A DNA stretch of 64,000 bases from Gammaproteobacteria bacterium (GTDB lineage Bacteria; Pseudomonadota; Gammaproteobacteria; Ga0077536). The first letter of the stretch is position 1. The number at the start of each line of letters is the position of its first letter. Of the stretch, positions 62,651-64,000 are shown one piece after another. The notes under the pieces are model-generated. The model did no database searches and was not told the origin of the DNA. It saw only the letters and a list, made by a program, of their open reading frames with translations. The position numbers and the translations under genes were made by a program. The stretch is from NCBI GenBank assembly GCA_963662545.2, contig CAXXLL010000002.1:608001-672000 (forward strand), written 5' to 3'.

Positions 62651-62656
62651 CGAACC

Positions 62657-62801
62657 TGACCGCATTGGCCCGTCAGCGGCCCCTTCGCGGCAGTTCAACA
62701 CTGTTCTAGATCAGGTCTGCAATCCTCTCGTAAGCGGTCGTGCGGCAGTGTTCAGCGGTGCGGTTAAGGTGCAGAGCGGTAGTCGGCCAGCACCGGACAT
62801 T
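62657..62801 (+). repeat. tripartite repeat, copy R12 (uninterrupted)
   Basis: GACCGCATTGGCCCGTCAGCGGCC / AGGTCTGCAATCCTCTCGTAAGCGGTC / AGCGGTAGTCGGCCAGCACCGGAC. Confidence 0.82.
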
Positions 62802-62860
62802 CACAGTGATCTCGGTCGTCGCTATCCTACGTGTTCGTTTACAGACGGGAGGTGTTAGAT

Positions 62861-63379
62861 ATGAATTTCGAGGCGATTAGTGCTACGGCCGAGAGTTTGG
62901 GTGCTCTCGGCGTAATATTATCGGTGCTCTACCTTGCGTACGAAGTTCGCTCGAACACTCGCACGATGCGCGCTGATGCGGGCACCAAGTCCCAGATGGA
63001 ATGGTCACGATACAACTTGATCATTTCCGAACATCAGGACAGAGACACGATAGTTCGTATATTCGATCCAAATGAAAAGTTGGATAATTTCAGTGACAAG
63101 GAAAGGACTGCCATTACTTTCGCGTTTCGTGCTTTCGCACAGCAGGTGGAAGCACAATATTTTCAATATAAGGCGAATTTGCTCGACCCAGAAGTTTGGG
63201 AGGCCCGCCTGACTTCGTTTAGTGGCCTCGTGCAATTCCCTGCATCTGCCGAGTGGTGGGCAGATGAATCGACGCTGCCTATTTACACAAAGTCGTTTCT
63301 CGACTGTGTCGAGTCGGTCGGAAGAGTCGAGCTATCCCAAACTACGACGGTTGGGACAGGCACTCAGAAGATATCTTAA
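62861..63379 (+). CDS. hypothetical protein with an N-terminal TM helix
   Basis: GGAGG RBS; MNFEAISATAESLGALGVILSVLYLAYEVRSNT; lies between repeat copies. Confidence 0.75.
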   Translation: MNFEAISATAESLGALGVILSVLYLAYEVRSNTRTMRADAGTKSQMEWSRYNLIISEHQDRDTIVRIFDPNEKLDNFSDKERTAITFAFRAFAQQVEAQYFQYKANLLDPEVWEARLTSFSGLVQFPASAEWWADESTLPIYTKSFLDCVESVGRVELSQTTTVGTGTQKIS

Positions 63380-63446
63380 CTTTGTAGCCAGCGTGTGGAA
63401 CCGAATCCGGGGAAGCGAACTAACGTATTTAAAGGACACCACTGAC

Positions 63447-63485
63447 ATTTCCAGTTTGGGTCGAGGATGACCGCAAAGGGTCGTC
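63447..63485 (+). repeat. partial repeat R13 (two first-palindrome half sites)
   Basis: TTCCAGTTTGGGTCG and GACCGCAAAGGGTCGTC, then an IS3 end. Confidence 0.55.
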
Positions 63486-63705
63486 TGGTTTTGCCCCAGT
63501 TTAATGGACAGTTTCGTAAAGACCGCATGTCTGCTTTTCGAAAGCCGCCGGGCTGATGTTACCGAGATAGCCATGGCGGCGTTTTCGATTGTAAAAGCAT
63601 TCGATGTAATCGAACACATCGGCCCGGGCTTCGTCTCGAGTTCGGTAACGCACGCGATTGACGCGCTCTCGTTTGAGTAACCCAAAGAAGCTCTCGACGA
63701 CGGCG
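63486..63705 (-). mobile_element. IS3-family remnant fused to a truncated upstream hypothetical gene
   Basis: AVVESFFGLLKRERV...YIECFYN; IR TGGTTTTGCCCCAGTTTAATGGACAGT. Confidence 0.78.
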
Positions 63706-64000
63706 GTGCCGTTCAGCTCCCCCGACACTTTCGCCTTGTATGACCCTTCGACGACCTCCTCTGAACCATTTCTCTCGCAGAGTCGAACATATGAGAATGT
63801 CCCTTTGTATTTTCCTATCTCTTTTCCTACAGGCATGAATCTTGCCCTTTTTTCGTTGATTGTTTCGAAGACGCGGCTGCCGATGCAGCGCGGAATCACG
63901 TTATCACAAAGGAACAACGAGTAGCAGGAATGCGCACAAGTATCACGGACACCAATCCGCTGACCATGTCACGCTCAAAAATCGTTGTCGGGTCTTGCCT

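Noticed and set aside
4977-62801. CRISPR array interpretation of the dispersed repeat
   Set aside because: Copies are degenerate, about 140 bp long and separated by roughly 0.6-20 kb; no cas genes are present.

Overview
A GC-rich bacterial accessory region, probably proteobacterial. Blocks of catabolic and accessory genes (three LLM monooxygenases, a hydantoinase/oxoprolinase-aminotransferase-OYE cluster with a TetR, a MoxR-DUF58-transglutaminase operon, a PEP-CTERM-type protein, a pilin-like protein, a rhodanese, a GFA protein) are mixed with many IS elements (IS256 x2, IS66 nested in an IS3/IS481-like element, a cargo-carrying IS1595, IS1182, ISL3, and IS3/IS5/IS30/ISCR remnants). The main signal is a dispersed non-coding repeat of about 130-145 bp. 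It occurs about 11 times plus partial copies, always on the same strand, and separates single genes or small gene blocks. Each copy is built from three short imperfect palindromes (cores GGGTCG, nCCCTCG, CGGCCA) shaped like tyrosine-recombinase simple sites. Three elements encoding a tyrosine recombinase plus an IS91-type HUH/Y2 transposase sit exactly in the third palindrome. Their joined ends fold into an attC-like hairpin of about 110 nt. An IS1182 and four related MITEs target the same palindrome centres. Inference: an integron-like cassette array that is not an IntI/attC system and is serviced by a recombinase + rolling-circle module. All calls come from reading the sequence by eye. No searches were run, and some frameshifts may be assembly errors.
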